Shown piece by piece: positions 42,335-58,511 of a stretch of DNA of 64,000 nucleotides. Location: contig CM000151.3 in NCBI GenBank assembly GCA_000004695.1, positions 3,008,001-3,072,000 on the forward strand. Reading direction: 5' to 3'. The notes beneath the pieces were generated by a model that saw only the letters and a list, made by a program, of their open reading frames with translations, was not told where the DNA came from and made no database searches. Made by a program: the position numbers and the translations under genes. The DNA comes from Dictyostelium discoideum. Taxonomy: Eukaryota. Within the stretch, counting starts at the first letter, position 1. The number at the start of each line of letters is the position of its first letter.

Positions 42335-43207
42335 ATGTTTCATTTAATAACGATTGAAGATAAAGTTAGAATAGCACCAAGTCAATTCAATAATGAAGTA
42401 CAAACAATTGAAGATGAAATTGAAAAGAAGTATACAAGTAAAGTTGTATTAAATGCAGGTTTATTTGTAGCATTATATGATATATTAGGAACAGGTGATT
42501 CATATGTTCATTCAGGTGACGGAGGTGCTCACCTTATGGTTCGTTTTAGAATGGTTGTATTTAAACCTTTCAAAGGTGAAGTTTTGGAAGGTGTTATAAA
42601 AAAGTCTTCAAGACAATCAATTCAAATTTCTCTTGGTTTCTTTCATGAAATTTATTTAAATCCAATCGAATTACCAAATCCATCAAATTAGTAAATATAA
42701 AATTAATAATTAATAATTAATAAATAATAGTTAAATAATTAATTAAATAAATAATAAATAATTAATAATAATAAAATTTTAATTTTAATTCAAATTTATT
42801 TTAGTAATCAAGAAGAAGGATTATGGTATTGGGAATGGAATGAAAATCAATTGTTTTTTGAAGATGGTGGTAGGGTTAGATTTAAAATTGATCAAGTTGA
42901 ATTTAATCCAGAGATATCACAACCAGCACCATCACCAAAAAATGTAAATACAGAAGCAATGGATTCTTATTCATTGAGAGAATATAAAGAAAAACAAATT
43001 GAAAATGAAAATCTTTTGAAACAAGTTAAATCTCCTTTGATCTTAAAAGTGTCAATGAGAGAAGCAGGTTTAGGTATGGTTTCTTGGTGGACAAACCAAT
43101 CTGCTGGTGATGATGATGAAAATGAAGAGGATGGTGGAGAAAATCAAGATGATGAAGTAGCTGAAGATGATGGTGGGGAAGAACCTACAATAGAAGAAGA
43201 CGAATAG
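42335..43207 (+). CDS. DNA-directed RNA polymerase III subunit RPC8 (Rpc25/POLR3H, Rpb7-like). Exons 42335..42690 and 42805..43207. About 252 aa.
   Basis: MFHLITIEDKVRIAPSQF, GDGGAHLMVRFRMVVFKPFKGEV, LWYWEWNEN, GLGMVSWWTNQ. These match POLR3H blocks, including the C-terminal LGLLSWWTSN. GTAAAT donor and TTTAG acceptor, phase 2/1. Acidic C-terminal tail. Confidence 0.85.
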
Positions 43208-43444
43208 AAAAAAAAAAAAAAAAAAAACTTTATAAATAAAGTATTTTGTATAAAAGAAATAAAAAATTTCTATGTAAATAAAAAAAAAAAGTATTATTTT
43301 CATTAATTTTATTGGTTTATTTTATTTTATTTTATTTTTTAAAGTTTATTTATAATTATTTACAAGTTTAGTTTAAAGGATTAAAAAAAAAAAAAAAGAA
43401 AAAGAAAAAAAAAAAAAAAAAGGAAAAAAAAAAATTAGATTAAA

Positions 43445-44059
43445 TTAATTTGACATTAAACTTTGATATTGATGATCGAAAACATTTTTGGAAGCATATG
43501 AATAGAGTGCATGACTATAATCTTCATATTCTTGATTAGACATTAACTCTTGGTCATGTTCTGTGATTTTGGTGATTGGTATTAAGTTATCACCGACTCT
43601 AACTAAAATATCTTTACCATCATCATCCGATTGTGACATTGAAGAAACGGTTTGTGAATCATCCAATTTCATTTTTTTATTTTGATGTTCACCATTACCA
43701 CCATCATTACCTTCAATGGTTGAACCACCACTACCACTATTACTACCATTACCATCAGCATCACCACTATCAGGAGCACTCTCCCATTCTTGATAATGAG
43801 TTTTAATATAATTTATATAAAAATCTTGATCAATTTTAATTTGTTCTTTAACAGCAGTAGGTTGTTCGTTGGTTGAGGTTTGAGTTTGTTGATTATTGTT
43901 CAAGATTGAATTCGACTTAACATTTCTATTTTTAAATGAATTACTTGGCAATAACCAAGGTGGAAGTGATGCTAATCCTGTTTTTTTACTAAATTAAATT
44001 ATTGGTTTCGGAAGGAGGAAGATAAAAAATAAAAAAAAATGTTTAAAATTTAATTATTT

Positions 44060-44101
<42 letters not shown>

Positions 44102-44724
44102 TTAAAATTTTTTAATATATACTTTTCTTTTTTAACTACTGCTTTATTAATTTCTATACCATCAGTATCTAAAATATCAACATGAAATTCTATATTTTCA
44201 TTTGTTGGATCTATATGATGAGAAGTTGCAGCACCTTGTGCAACAGGAAATGCAGATGGTTTTGGACCCATACCTAATGATGAATTGGTATTAATTGTAT
44301 AAGATGGACCTTGATCTGCTGATAAATCTGCTAAATCTCTTGCAAATCTATTTAATAATAAATAAAAGGGATGTATTAATATTTATATTTGTTTTGTTTT
44401 TTTAAAAAAAGAAAAGAAAAAAAAAAAAAAAAAAAAAGAAAAAGAAAAAAAAGAAAAAACATACAAAGGTATATTATGACCTTCAGTTTTCTTTAATTGT
44501 TCAATAATTTTTCTTAATTGACTAAACAAATCAGATTGATGTTTAGCAGTTTGTGTTAATGATTCATTATTTAATTCCTCTTCTAATTCGCCATCGCAAA
44601 TTTCGCATGCCAATGCACCAGTGTCCATATTTAATAATTTTGGAATATCTAATGCTGTATATCTAATTATTATTTAAGAGTTTGAAATTAGTAATGATGA
44701 TGATAATAATAATAATAGTTATTA

Positions 44725-44813
<89 letters not shown>

Positions 44814-45533
44814 TAAAGATGGGAATATAAATAAAAAAAATGTGTACACTTTATGACATGTTTGACATTTATAAGTTTGAACGTCAATTTTTTGAACTTT
44901 TACAGATTCCATCTTCTTTCTAAACATGTATAATTTATATTTTACAATATCAATGATATGTTTATAATCTATATACCAAAGTAGATGGGTACTACCTCTT
45001 TCATTTGGTCCTTTTGCTTCTACTTTTACATCTGAACTCTTTACCATTGAATCACCTTTAAGATCCATTAATATCTTTCTTACATATTTTTGTTGAATAC
45101 GAAGTCTTAATGCTAAATCTTCATCTTTAATACTATTATTTATTTTATTATTATTATTATTATTATTTTTTATTTTTGTTATTGTTTTTTATTTTTATTA
45201 TTGTTTTTTATTTTTATTATTATTATTATTATTTTTTATTTGAAAATATATTTTTAATTGGTATATTATAATAAAGTTAGTAAAAAAAAGGAAAAAAAAA
45301 AATATTATTAGTAATGTAAATAAAAATAGTGATTTATTATTAATATTTATAATAATTATTATAAATTCTATAAAGATAATAATAAAAGAGAAAAAAAGAA
45401 TTAGAAATATATACCGTTTCTTTTCTCTTAAAAGACCATCAATAATAACAGCATATTCATCGGGGTAAAAAGCACGAATTACCATCTTTACAAGATCATC
45501 TAAAATATGATAGATATTGTTTGAAGATGACAT
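43445..45533 (-). CDS. gtf2e1: General transcription factor TFIIE alpha subunit. Five exons: 45415..45533, 44848..45132, 44465..44662, 44123..44347, 43445..43988. About 456 aa.
   Basis: Winged-helix N-terminus (IRAFYPDEYAVIIDGLLREKK). IDYKHIIDIVKYKLYMFRKKME against [22 protein letters not shown]. Zinc ribbon YKCQTCHKVYTALD...ALACEICDGELEEE. The phases close across all four introns. The intron after exon 2 carries an (ATT)32 repeat and an unusual GTACAC donor. Confidence 0.8.
44705..44812. repeat. (ATT)n microsatellite (about 32 units) inside a gtf2e1 intron; the reading frame stays open across it
   Basis: Visible. Confidence 0.9.
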
Positions 45534-46693
45534 TGTGCTTTTTTTTTAATTTGCTTGATATTATGATAAAAATAAAAATAAATAAAAAAAAAAAAAAAAA
45601 AAAAAATTTTCAAAAAAAAAAAAAAAAAAAAAAAAAAAATAAAATAAATTTAAACAATTCCTAAAAAATTAAAAATTAATTTAATAAAAAAAAAAAAAAA
45701 AAAATTTTTATTTTTAAACCATCCATACAAAGATATTCCATTTTTTAATCAAATTTATTTTTAGTCATTTTTATTTTTTAAATCTTTTTTATTTTTTTTT
45801 TTATATTTAATTTTTTTTTAATTTTTTTTTTTTTTTTTAATTTTATGTGCAAATTTTTAGTATATTAACGAAAAGTTTTGTGTTGATTATTAAAATGAAA
45901 TTCAAAATTATAGTTTCAAATAAATTAATATATATGTCACTAAAAATTTGTGGTTTATTTTTTTCTTTTTTATATTTTTATTTTTTTTTTTTTTTTTTTT
46001 TTTTGTAAAAACCAAGTAGTTAATTCTATAATTGTTCCTACTCAAAAAATTATCTATGTACATAAAAGTTGAATCTGAATTAACCACAAAAAAAAAAAAA
46101 AAAAAATAAAAAAAAAATAATAATAATTACATAATTAAAAAAAAAAAAATAAAAAAATAATCTGTTATAGAGGGTAGGTTTTTTTTTTTACAAAAAAAAA
46201 TAAGAATATTAAAAAAATAAAATTAACAAAATAATTTTCCACAATTTTTTATATTGCCAAAACCATCAAAAAGGTTTTTGGATTTAAAGAATGTATCAAT
46301 TTATATTTTTTTTTTTACCTACCCAAAATAACTTTTTTTTTTTCAAGAATGAATTATGATAAACCTATAATTTGCTGTTTATTTTTTTAATCACTCGTTT
46401 ATTTTTTTTATTTGAATAAATAAAAAAAAAATAAATTAAATGGCTTTATTATAAATACCAAGATTTTCCAATCAAAAAAAAAAAAAAAAAAATTATAATT
46501 TAAAAAAAAAAAGTATAAATAAAAAAAATTCAAAAATCATTTATTTCATTCAAAAACAAATAATCAAATAATCAAATATATAAATAAAAAAAGTAAATTA
46601 ATAAATTAAGAAATTTAAAAATATTAATATAAATTAAAAAAAATTAAATTATAAATATATATATATAACAATTAAAAAAAAAAAAACAATAAA

Positions 46694-47780
46694 ATGAAAT
46701 TATTATTATCAATTTTAATTGTATTAATTTTAAAAAGTTCAAATGTTAATTCATATGGTGAATCAGATTCTCAAGGTAATCCATGTTCACTTGAAAGAGA
46801 ATCACATAATTTGATTAACTTGGCAAGAATGTTTCCAGTTCAATACAAGACATCATTTATGAATGGTTATTCTGGTTTATCATCAGTGTTAAGTTCATAT
46901 TCAGCCGTTCCACCACTTTATATGGATAATTTATTAAATCGTATGTCAAAAGCTCACTCATTTGATATGTCATTAAAGAATTGTTTTAGTCATAGTGATT
47001 GTAATGGTACATCAATTGGTCAAAGATTTAACAAGTGGTCTACTGAAGGTACATGGGCTGAAAATATTGCAGCTGGAAATAAAGATGGAATCAGCACAAA
47101 TAATCAATTAATTTGTGATTCACCAAGTGGAAATAAAGTATGTACACCAGATGGTAGTGGTCAAGATGGTCACAGAAAGAATATCATGGGTGAAGATTAT
47201 CAAATTTTAGGTGTTGGTTATTATTACACATCATCGTCAACCTATAATACTTATTGGACTCAAGATTTTACAAGTTCTTCAAATTTACCAACCAATCCAA
47301 TTTATTCTGGTTATCATACTTTTTATCCATCTGCAACAATTCCAAAATTCATTGCTATGGTTTATAGTGAAACTCAAACCATTTCAACAATGTCAATTGT
47401 TTTTGTAGGTTCAATTGGTAGTGCTGATTCAAAGTTACCAATGGAATTAACCTATGGTAATCCATCATATGCCGCTTATACCTATACCCCATCGACCTAT
47501 ACCGTAGCATGTCAAAAATATTATTTCCAAGGTACTACAAGCAATGATTCAACCATTAGATATCCAGATACTGGTTATCTTCAAGTTAGTAAAGATACAA
47601 CATGTTTAGGATGGTCAATTAGCTCCTCTGTATCTTTAAATGTAAATCTAGGTTTAGAAAATCCAAGTCAAACTGAAATTGCTATTAAATTTGAAACTAG
47701 TACTCCAAAAGCAACATATCCACCACAAAGAAATTGGAATTGGTTTTGGGATTATAAATTATTAAGTAAAAATAATAATC

Positions 47781-47818
<38 letters not shown>

Positions 47819-47926
47819 GAAGAAGAATTTCAACAAGATGAAGAATTTTACAGTTCAACCTCAAAATTAATTGTAAATTCCTCTGTTATTTTAATTGCTA
47901 TCTTCATTATTAGTTTATTATTTTAA
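46694..47926 (+). CDS. Secreted SCP/CAP (PR-1-like) domain protein with signal peptide, Ser/Thr/Tyr-rich region, poly-Q and C-terminal hydrophobic (GPI-anchor-like) tail; single exon
   Basis: N-terminal signal peptide MKLLLSILIVLILKSSNVNS. DGHRKNIMGEDYQILGVGYY resembles the bacterial-type SCP/CAP motif GHRxNIL...GVG. C-terminal VILIAIFIISLLF. Confidence 0.65.
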
Positions 47927-48198
47927 ATTCTCGATATTAATTTATAAAAACTTTGTACTAAAAAAAAAACAAATATAGTTTAATTATTTAAATAAAAAAA
48001 AAAAATAAAAAAAAAAAGATATAAATAAAAAAGAATTAAAAATATTTTATTTTTTATATTAAAATTATTTTGATAAAATATAAATAATAATAATTTAGTT
48101 TTTATCATTATTATTATTATTATTATTACTATTAGTATTATTATACTTTGTTTTATTTTATCTTTTTTTTTGTTTATTTTTATTTTATTTTATTTTTT

Positions 48199-50914
<2,716 letters not shown>

Positions 50915-51026
50915 TTTTTAGAATTTTTTAATATCTATAAATATATGTTTTTTCCAAAACTTGTTTTCGAAATTAATTTAAATTAAAAAATAAAAAAATT
51001 TTTATGGTGTCAGCGAAATTTTTGAA

Positions 51027-51067
<41 letters not shown>

Positions 51068-51350
51068 AAAAATTAAAAATAAAAAATAAAATTAAAAATA
51101 AAAAAAATGGATTCATATTTACTATTATTAGAAATTTTAAATCATTTTTGACTAAATTAATATAAGTTTCTATGAAAAAGCCCAAATTATATATATATAA
51201 TGTTTAAAAAACATTCAAGTATAAAATTAAAATAAAATAAATATAAAAACAATTATAAAAACAAAAATAAAATAAATCAAAAAAATCAAAAAAAAAAAAA
51301 AAAAATTAAAAAATAAATAAAATAAAATTATTTTAATATAGAAATTCGTT

Positions 51351-51536
51351 ATATATATATATATTATATTCAATTAAAGTTTTTTATTGTTATGACTATT
51401 ATATTTTTAATTTGTTTGTAATCGAATAAAATGAATATTAGCTGTGAGAGCCCAACCAAGAGCATGATTAACCACAGCTAAGAGAGAGAAGAATCTTGGT
51501 CAACGGTATATATAATAATATATTCAATTAAAGTTT
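51351..51536. repeat. About 150-bp segment flanked by ~30-bp direct repeats (tatat(t/a)atattcaattaaagtttttt), enclosing a GC-rich hairpin-capable core
   Basis: Direct repeats at 51355-51386 and 51505-51536. The core agctgtgagagcccaaccaagagcatgattaaccacagct has 7-bp inverted ends. Confidence 0.5.
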
Positions 51537-51552
51537 TTTTTTTTTTTGATGG

Positions 51553-51586
<34 letters not shown>

Positions 51587-51826
51587 ATGTGGGTTTTTTT
51601 TTTATTATTTTTATTATTTTTATTTTTTATTTTTATTTTAATCATTATTATTATTTTTTTAATCACATAACATTAAAACAACTTAAAGAAAAATTATTTT
51701 TATTTTAATCATTATTATTATTATTTTTTTTTTTTTTTTCCAACAATCCAAAGTTTATTGTACCTTCAATATTTTTTTTTTATTTTTTTTATTTATTTTT
51801 TTTTTTTTTTTAAAAAAAAAAAAATT

Positions 51827-51858
<32 letters not shown>

Positions 51859-52165
51859 AGATTTTTTTTTTCAGGATAAATTTAATTGTTTGCGTATAAT
51901 ATCAATATTATTATTATTTTTTTTTTTTCAATATTTTTATTTATTTGTTTTTTTTTATATATTTTTTTTTTTTTTTTTACATATCCCTGTACATTATATA
52001 ATTCACTTTTTTTTTTTTAAAGAAAGATTAAAAAAAAAAAAAAAAAAAAAACTTCAGTTTGTATTACAAAAAAAAAAAAATATATATATATTAAAAACAC
52101 ACACATAAAATTAAATAAAAAAAAAATAAAAAAAATAAAAATTAAATATTAATAATAAAAATACA

Positions 52166-54409
52166 ATGTCATCAACTCAACAACAACAACATCAATTATT
52201 TAGTGCAGTTGAACAAAATGATGTTACAAAAGTTAAGAAATTATCAAGTAAAAAAAAGATTAGTAAAAGTAATTTAACATCATTTGATCAATATGGACAA
52301 TCAGCATTAACTATAGCATTAAAGAATAATAATGAAGAGATGGTGGAACTCTTGTTGAGTTTATGTGTAACATTAAAGGCAGATATAAATACCTTTGACA
52401 AGAATGGATTTTCAGCATTACATCAAGCAGTGAGTAGTGATGATAGGATATTGATGAGGGTATTACAATATGAAAACATTAATGTAGATGTACAAAACGA
52501 TGATTTAAACACACCAATTCACTACTTTTGCCAGAAATTTAGATCACCAAATTGTCAAGAACCATTTCAACTATTCATTCAAAAGGGTGTCAATGTGAAT
52601 GCTCAAAATAAGAATGGTGAAACACCGTTACACAAGGCAATCTTTAACAATTCAGTACGTCTTATGATGGTTGGTCTCTTATTGAAAAATGGTGCCAACG
52701 TTAATTTGGCAACTCAATTTCAAGAATCACCACTTCACTATGCCGTACGTTTAGGTCGTGAGGATTTAGTGTCTGTACTTTTGAAGGCTGGTGCTGATGT
52801 TGATTGTGTTGGTACAAAAGAGAGAAAAACTCCTTATCAATTGGCCGTTGAAGAGGGTAACAAGGATATGACTGCTCGTATCAAAAAGTATAAAGATCTC
52901 TTTGATTGGTTACAAAAACATGGTTTCGAACAATACAAAGATGCTTTTTTAAAGGAAGAAATGTTTTTAGATGAATTGGGTGAAATGAGTGAAGATATTT
53001 TAAATAAAATGGGTATTACTTCTACTGGTACAAGATTAAGAATTTTAAAAGAAACTTCAAATTTAGCAAGTATGTATTATTTATTTATTTATTTATTTTT
53101 TAAAATATTTATTTATTTACTAATATTATTATTATTATTAATTATTATTATTATTTTTATCATTAATTATTATTAGATGAACAAACAAAAAAACCAAAAA
53201 CACCAGAACTTATAATAGAAGAAGATCCAACACCACCAGATACACCAGATATTAGTGGACTTAGACATTCATTACATACACTAAGACATGTTGGTGAAGT
53301 AAATATTATTAATGATAATGAGTTGGAGTATACTGAGAAATTGGGTGCTGGTAGTTCTGGTAAAGTTTATAAAGGTTTATATAGAGGTAAAGAAGTTGCA
53401 ATTAAAGTATTAAAATCAATGACTGAATCAAAAGAAATTGAAGAATTTAAAAAAGAATTCCAAATTATGAGGTAAGCATTTAATTTTATATTTATTATTA
53501 TTATTTTTTGAAAAAAAAAAAAAAAAAAAAAATGAAAATGAAAATGAAAAAAAGAAATATATATGTATATTAACTAAAATTTTATTATTTTTTTTTTTTT
53601 TTTAATTTTTATAGTGCCATAAGATCGAAACATGTTGTACATTTTTATGGTGCAGTATTGGAACCAAAATTATGTATGGTAATGGAAAATTGTTCAAGAG
53701 GTAGTTTATATCATGTTATGGATAATAATTCATTGGATATTGGATGGGAAAGAACATTTAGATTTGCAATTGAAACAGTTAGAGGTATTGAATGTTTACA
53801 TAAATGGGATCCACCAATCGTTCATAGAGATTTAAAGAGTTTAAATTTATTGGTAAATGATAAATGGGAAATAAAGGTTTGTGATTTTGGTTTAAGTCGT
53901 TTCAATACAGGATCAAATTTAGAAACATTGGTAAAAATGAGAGGTACCTTTGCTTATTGTGCTCCAGAAGTTTATTATGGTGAACAATTCTCTGGTAAAT
54001 CTGATGTTTACTCAATCGCTGTTATCCTATGGGAATTGGTCACAAGATGTATAAATGGTAGATATGAAAGACCTTTTTCAGAATATAAGGTTTGTATTTT
54101 TAAAAATTTAATTTTTTTTTTTTTAAAAAAATATATTTCTAACTCTTTTTATTTTTATTATTTTAGAATTTACAACATGATTTCCAAATTATTATTCAAA
54201 CAGCAAAGAAAAACCTTAGACCAACAATACCAAATGCATGTCCAGAGTCATTGGTTTCATTGATTCAAGATTGCTGGGATCCAAATCTCGAAAATAGACC
54301 AACTTGTACCGATATTTTAAGTAGATTGGTTACCATTGAAAATGAATATAGAAGCAACATTCAAACTTGGAATAATTTAATTGTTCCACTTCCAAAGAAT
54401 CAAGAATAA
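52166..54409 (+). CDS. Ankyrin-repeat / SAM-domain / TKL-type protein kinase. Four exons: 52166..53069, 53177..53471, 53615..54089, 54167..54409. About 638 aa.
   Basis: ANK repeats (GQSALTIALKNNNEEMVELLL; NGETPLHKAI; SPLHYAVRLGREDLVSVLLKAGADV). SAM domain (DLFDWLQKHGFEQYKDAFLKEEMFLDELGEMSEDILNKMGI). Kinase subdomains GAGSSGKVYKG, VAIK, HRDLKSLNLL, DFGLS, APE, DVYSIAVILWEL. GTATGT, GTAAGC and GTTTGT donors with phases that close. Confidence 0.8.
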
Positions 54410-54796
54410 ATCAATTGATTACATACACTACACCAATTAAATACTTTATAATCACCATCTATCATACTAATTTACCAAAAATATTTATATTAATAAGTAA
54501 ATAAATAAATAAACAAATAAATAAACAAATAAATAAATAATAAATAAATAAAAAAAAAAAATAAAAAAAAAATAAAAAAAAAAAATTGAAACAAAAAATA
54601 ATATATTAATTGTATTAAATGGTTTTTATGTAATAAATAATAAAAAAAATAATTAATTTTCTATTTTGAAAAATAATTATTTGATTAGATTTTTTTTTTT
54701 TTTTTTTTTTAAAAAATTATTTGATTGGATTTTTTTTTTTTTAAAATTATTTGATTGGATTTTTTCTTTTTTTCTTTTTTTTAAAATTATTTGATA

Positions 54797-54827
<31 letters not shown>

Positions 54828-55259
54828 TCCAAGCCCGGAATTCGGGTGCCTATGATTCGAGGTTATTTTGATATTTTCTAAACTATTACCCTGAATGAAA
54901 TATCTTTTAATCAACTTTTTTGCCCCACTAAAAAAATGGTAGAAATTAATTTTTTGTGTGAAAAAAAAAAAAAGTTTTATTATGAAGATACTTTTAAATA
55001 TAAATATAAATAATAATAATATAAAAATAATATTTTTTAAAAAAAATTTTATCCTTCACTTTTTTTTTTTTTTTTTTTAAATTTTTTAATAAAAAAAAAA
55101 AAAAAATAAGCCTTTGGTGTGGTTTGTTTAATTTAAAATTCTATAGAATTAATAATTTATTATTAATTTAATGTTTTAAATTTTTATTTTTATTTTATTA
55201 TTATTTTTTTTTTTAATTTCTATTCTTTTTTTAATAAACAACTTCTGAAAACCCCAAAA

Positions 55260-55298
<39 letters not shown>

Positions 55299-56095
55299 TG
55301 TAAAAATAGATGTGACATTCAATACTATATCAAAATCACATGTTTTTTACAATTTAAAAAAATCTGGAAATTGTGATCCTTTTTTTTAATCTATAGTCAA
55401 AAATAAAAAAATATTATTTTTAATTATTTCCAAACTACTGTAACTGATTTAAAAGGATAGATTAATCAATTCAACAAAAAGCCCCTTTTTTTAGATCACT
55501 ACACTGTTTTATTCAAAAATTTTGTATTTTGTTAAAATCTTTAAAAATTAAATTTTATAAAAAAAAAAAAAAAAATTAAAAGTAAAAAAAATTAAAATAA
55601 TAATAATAATTATAATTAGTTTATTTATTAATTAATAAATGAATGTATGTTTTGCTTTAGAAAAAAACTCTTTGTTTATTTATTTTATTTTATTTTTTCT
55701 TTTTAATTTTTTTTTTTTTTTTTTTTTTTTTTTATTTTTTTTTATTTTTTTTTTTTTATTTTTTTTTTATAGACTTTTTGACCTATAGGAGTGTAAAAAA
55801 TGAAAAGATGCTGGGAACCATCAAGCGAGTAGTAAAGATTTTTTTTTTTAATCAAAAAGTTAAAAAAAAAAAAATTAATCAATCAACACAAATGATCAAA
55901 ATTCAAAAAAAATAAAAAAAAAAATAAAAAAAATAAAAAAATAAAAAAAGTCTTTTTTTTCAAAGTTTGAGGGGTGATCATAAACCCACATTCAACACTA
56001 TCGATGATATTAATAGAAAATAATTCGACACTTAAAAAAAAAAAAAAAATATAATTTATTTATTTAAAAACACACAAAATTATAATAATTTAAAC

Positions 56096-56130
<35 letters not shown>

Positions 56131-56499
56131 TACTCACTAAATCATTTCACTGTATATTTTTAATTTCAATTTTGTGTCTTTTCATTTTGTGAAACGGTAA
56201 TGCTCTTACAACATTTTTTTTTTTTTTTTTAAAAATTAAAAAAAAAAAAAAAAAAAAAAAAATCTTAGAACTAATGATTAATTTGCCCAGCAATCAAAAT
56301 GATATAATATGTTTTTTTATTTTCATTTTTTTTACTAACCTTTTATTTTATGATGGAGATTCGAGCTTGATTCACATTTAAAAATAAATTTTTTTAAAAA
56401 TACTTTTTTTTTTAATCATTTTTTTTTATTTTTTTTTTTTTTATTTTTTTTTTTTTTAAATAAATAATTTTTTTTTTTTTTTTTTTAATAATTATTATC

Positions 56500-57591
56500 A
56501 TTAAAGTTTAATTTAAAATAAAAAGGTTCAAATTATTTCCAATAGGCTAAATTAATAAAATTAAAATTAAAATTTAAATTTATTATAAAAAAAATAATAT
56601 AAAAATTAATCCTTTTTATAATAATATAATTAAAACTTTATCTCTCTCTCTCTCTCTAATATCAAATCAAAACGATAAATCGAATAAATTTAAGGTAATT
56701 AATATTATTAATAAATAGAATCAAAAATTCGAGATAACAAATAATTATAAACCGTCATCATAAATGTTGCACTTTAATAATTTTTTTCTTTGATTCTTTT
56801 GTATTCTTTTGTATTTAATAATCAATAAAAAAATAAAAAATAAAAAAAAATAAATAATAATAATAATAATAATAACAATTCAAAGGAGGTTTTTTTTTTT
56901 TTTGTATGTTGTTTTTTATGTTGTTAAATTGTTTTCAAAAAAATTTATTATTTGTTTATTGTCGGTTATATCCATATCTCAGATATAAAACATCCTGTTC
57001 ATATATATACCCCTAAAAATTATAGAAAAAAAAAAGAAAAAAAAAGATTATAAAATTTTTTTTTTCTTAGGGTGGTTCTATAAATATCAATTATAATTGA
57101 TTTAAATTAATAATAATAATAATAATAAAAATAATAATAACACACTTGAAGTTTTTTTTTTTTGAATGTGGATTTTTTTTTTTTTCACCCACACCACTCA
57201 CACAATAATATTTAAACACACAAATAATTTACCACTACAAACCACACATCAAAAGTGGGCTTTTTTTTTTAACTACCAAGATTCAATTTATTTGATTCAA
57301 TAATAATTGTGATACTATGGTTTTTAAATTATTTTATTAAATATTTTTTAATTAATTATTTTTTTAATTTTTTTTTAATTTTAATTTTTTTTTTTTTTTT
57401 TTATTTTTTTATATTACATAATTTTTTTTTTTTTTTTTTATTGTTTGATATTAATTTAAATTAATTAAAACCATTTTATATCGAATAAAAAAATTTATTT
57501 ACAATATAAATAAAAAATCACCCCTTCTTTCATCTTCGTTCACCACCACTACACTCCACATTATATAAAATTCTAAACAACCAAATTATTA

Positions 57592-57627
<36 letters not shown>

Positions 57628-58090
57628 TATATTGTTTATTATAAAAAACTTTGGTCTCAAACTTTCAAAAAAAAATAAAAACTTTTGTAGATTATCCAAT
57701 TTTTTTTTATTTTTTTTTCAATCAATCGAGATTGAAAGGTGATTAATCAATTAAAATAAAAAAAAATTGAAAAAAATAAAATAAAATTTTTTTTTCAATC
57801 ACAATTTACAAAATATTAATCTATTTTTTTTTTTTTATTTTTATTTTCTTTATTTTATATTATATTATTTTTTTTTTTTTCTTATTTTTTTTTTTACACA
57901 TATTTTTTATTATTATTTTTTTTTTTCCTCTCTTTTCTTTTATTTTCAAATAATTATAGAACGCTAAATTTAAAAAAATAATTTGTATTAATACAATAAA
58001 AAAAAAAAAAAAAAAATTATTTAAAATACAATCACATACATAAACTATCTAGATTTTTCACACATATATATATATAAATAAAAAAATAAA
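56500..58090 (+). promoter_or_regulatory. Gene-free upstream region of carA, with a (CT)9 microsatellite (56641-56658) and CA-rich / C-rich islands (57185-57260, 57520-57560) that may be promoter elements
   Basis: About 3.6 kb without ORFs upstream of a gene known to be developmentally regulated from multiple promoters. The islands are visible as rare C-rich stretches. Confidence 0.3.
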
Positions 58091-58402
58091 ATGGGTCTTT
58101 TAGATGGAAATCCAGCCAATGAAACATCATTGGTTTTATTATTATTTGCCGATTTTTCTTCAATGTTGGGTTGTATGGCAGTGTTGATTGGTTTTTGGAG
58201 ATTAAAACTTTTGCGTAATCATGTTACAAAAGTAATTGCATGTTTTTGTGCTACCTCCTTTTGTAAAGATTTTCCTTCAACAATTTTAACTTTAACAAAT
58301 ACAGCTGTCAATGGTGGTTTCCCTTGTTATTTATATGCAATTGTAATTACATATGGTAGTTTTGCATGTTGGTTGTGGACTTTATGTCTTGGTAAGTTTA
58401 AA

Positions 58403-58442
<40 letters not shown>

Positions 58443-58478
58443 AAAAAAAGATTTGATCAGATTATTTGAAAATGTGCT

Positions 58479-58511
<33 letters not shown>

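Noticed and set aside
51758-52108. ORF of poly-F/K (116 aa), and similar ORFs 25225..25434 and 29118..29306
   Set aside because: They are pure translations of T-runs and A-runs in promoter regions.
54830-54900. Possible tRNA gene at the GC-rich cccggaattcggg motif
   Set aside because: There is no acceptor/T-arm/anticodon-arm geometry and no GGTTCGAATCC-like T-loop. No tRNA-like sequence was found anywhere in the window.
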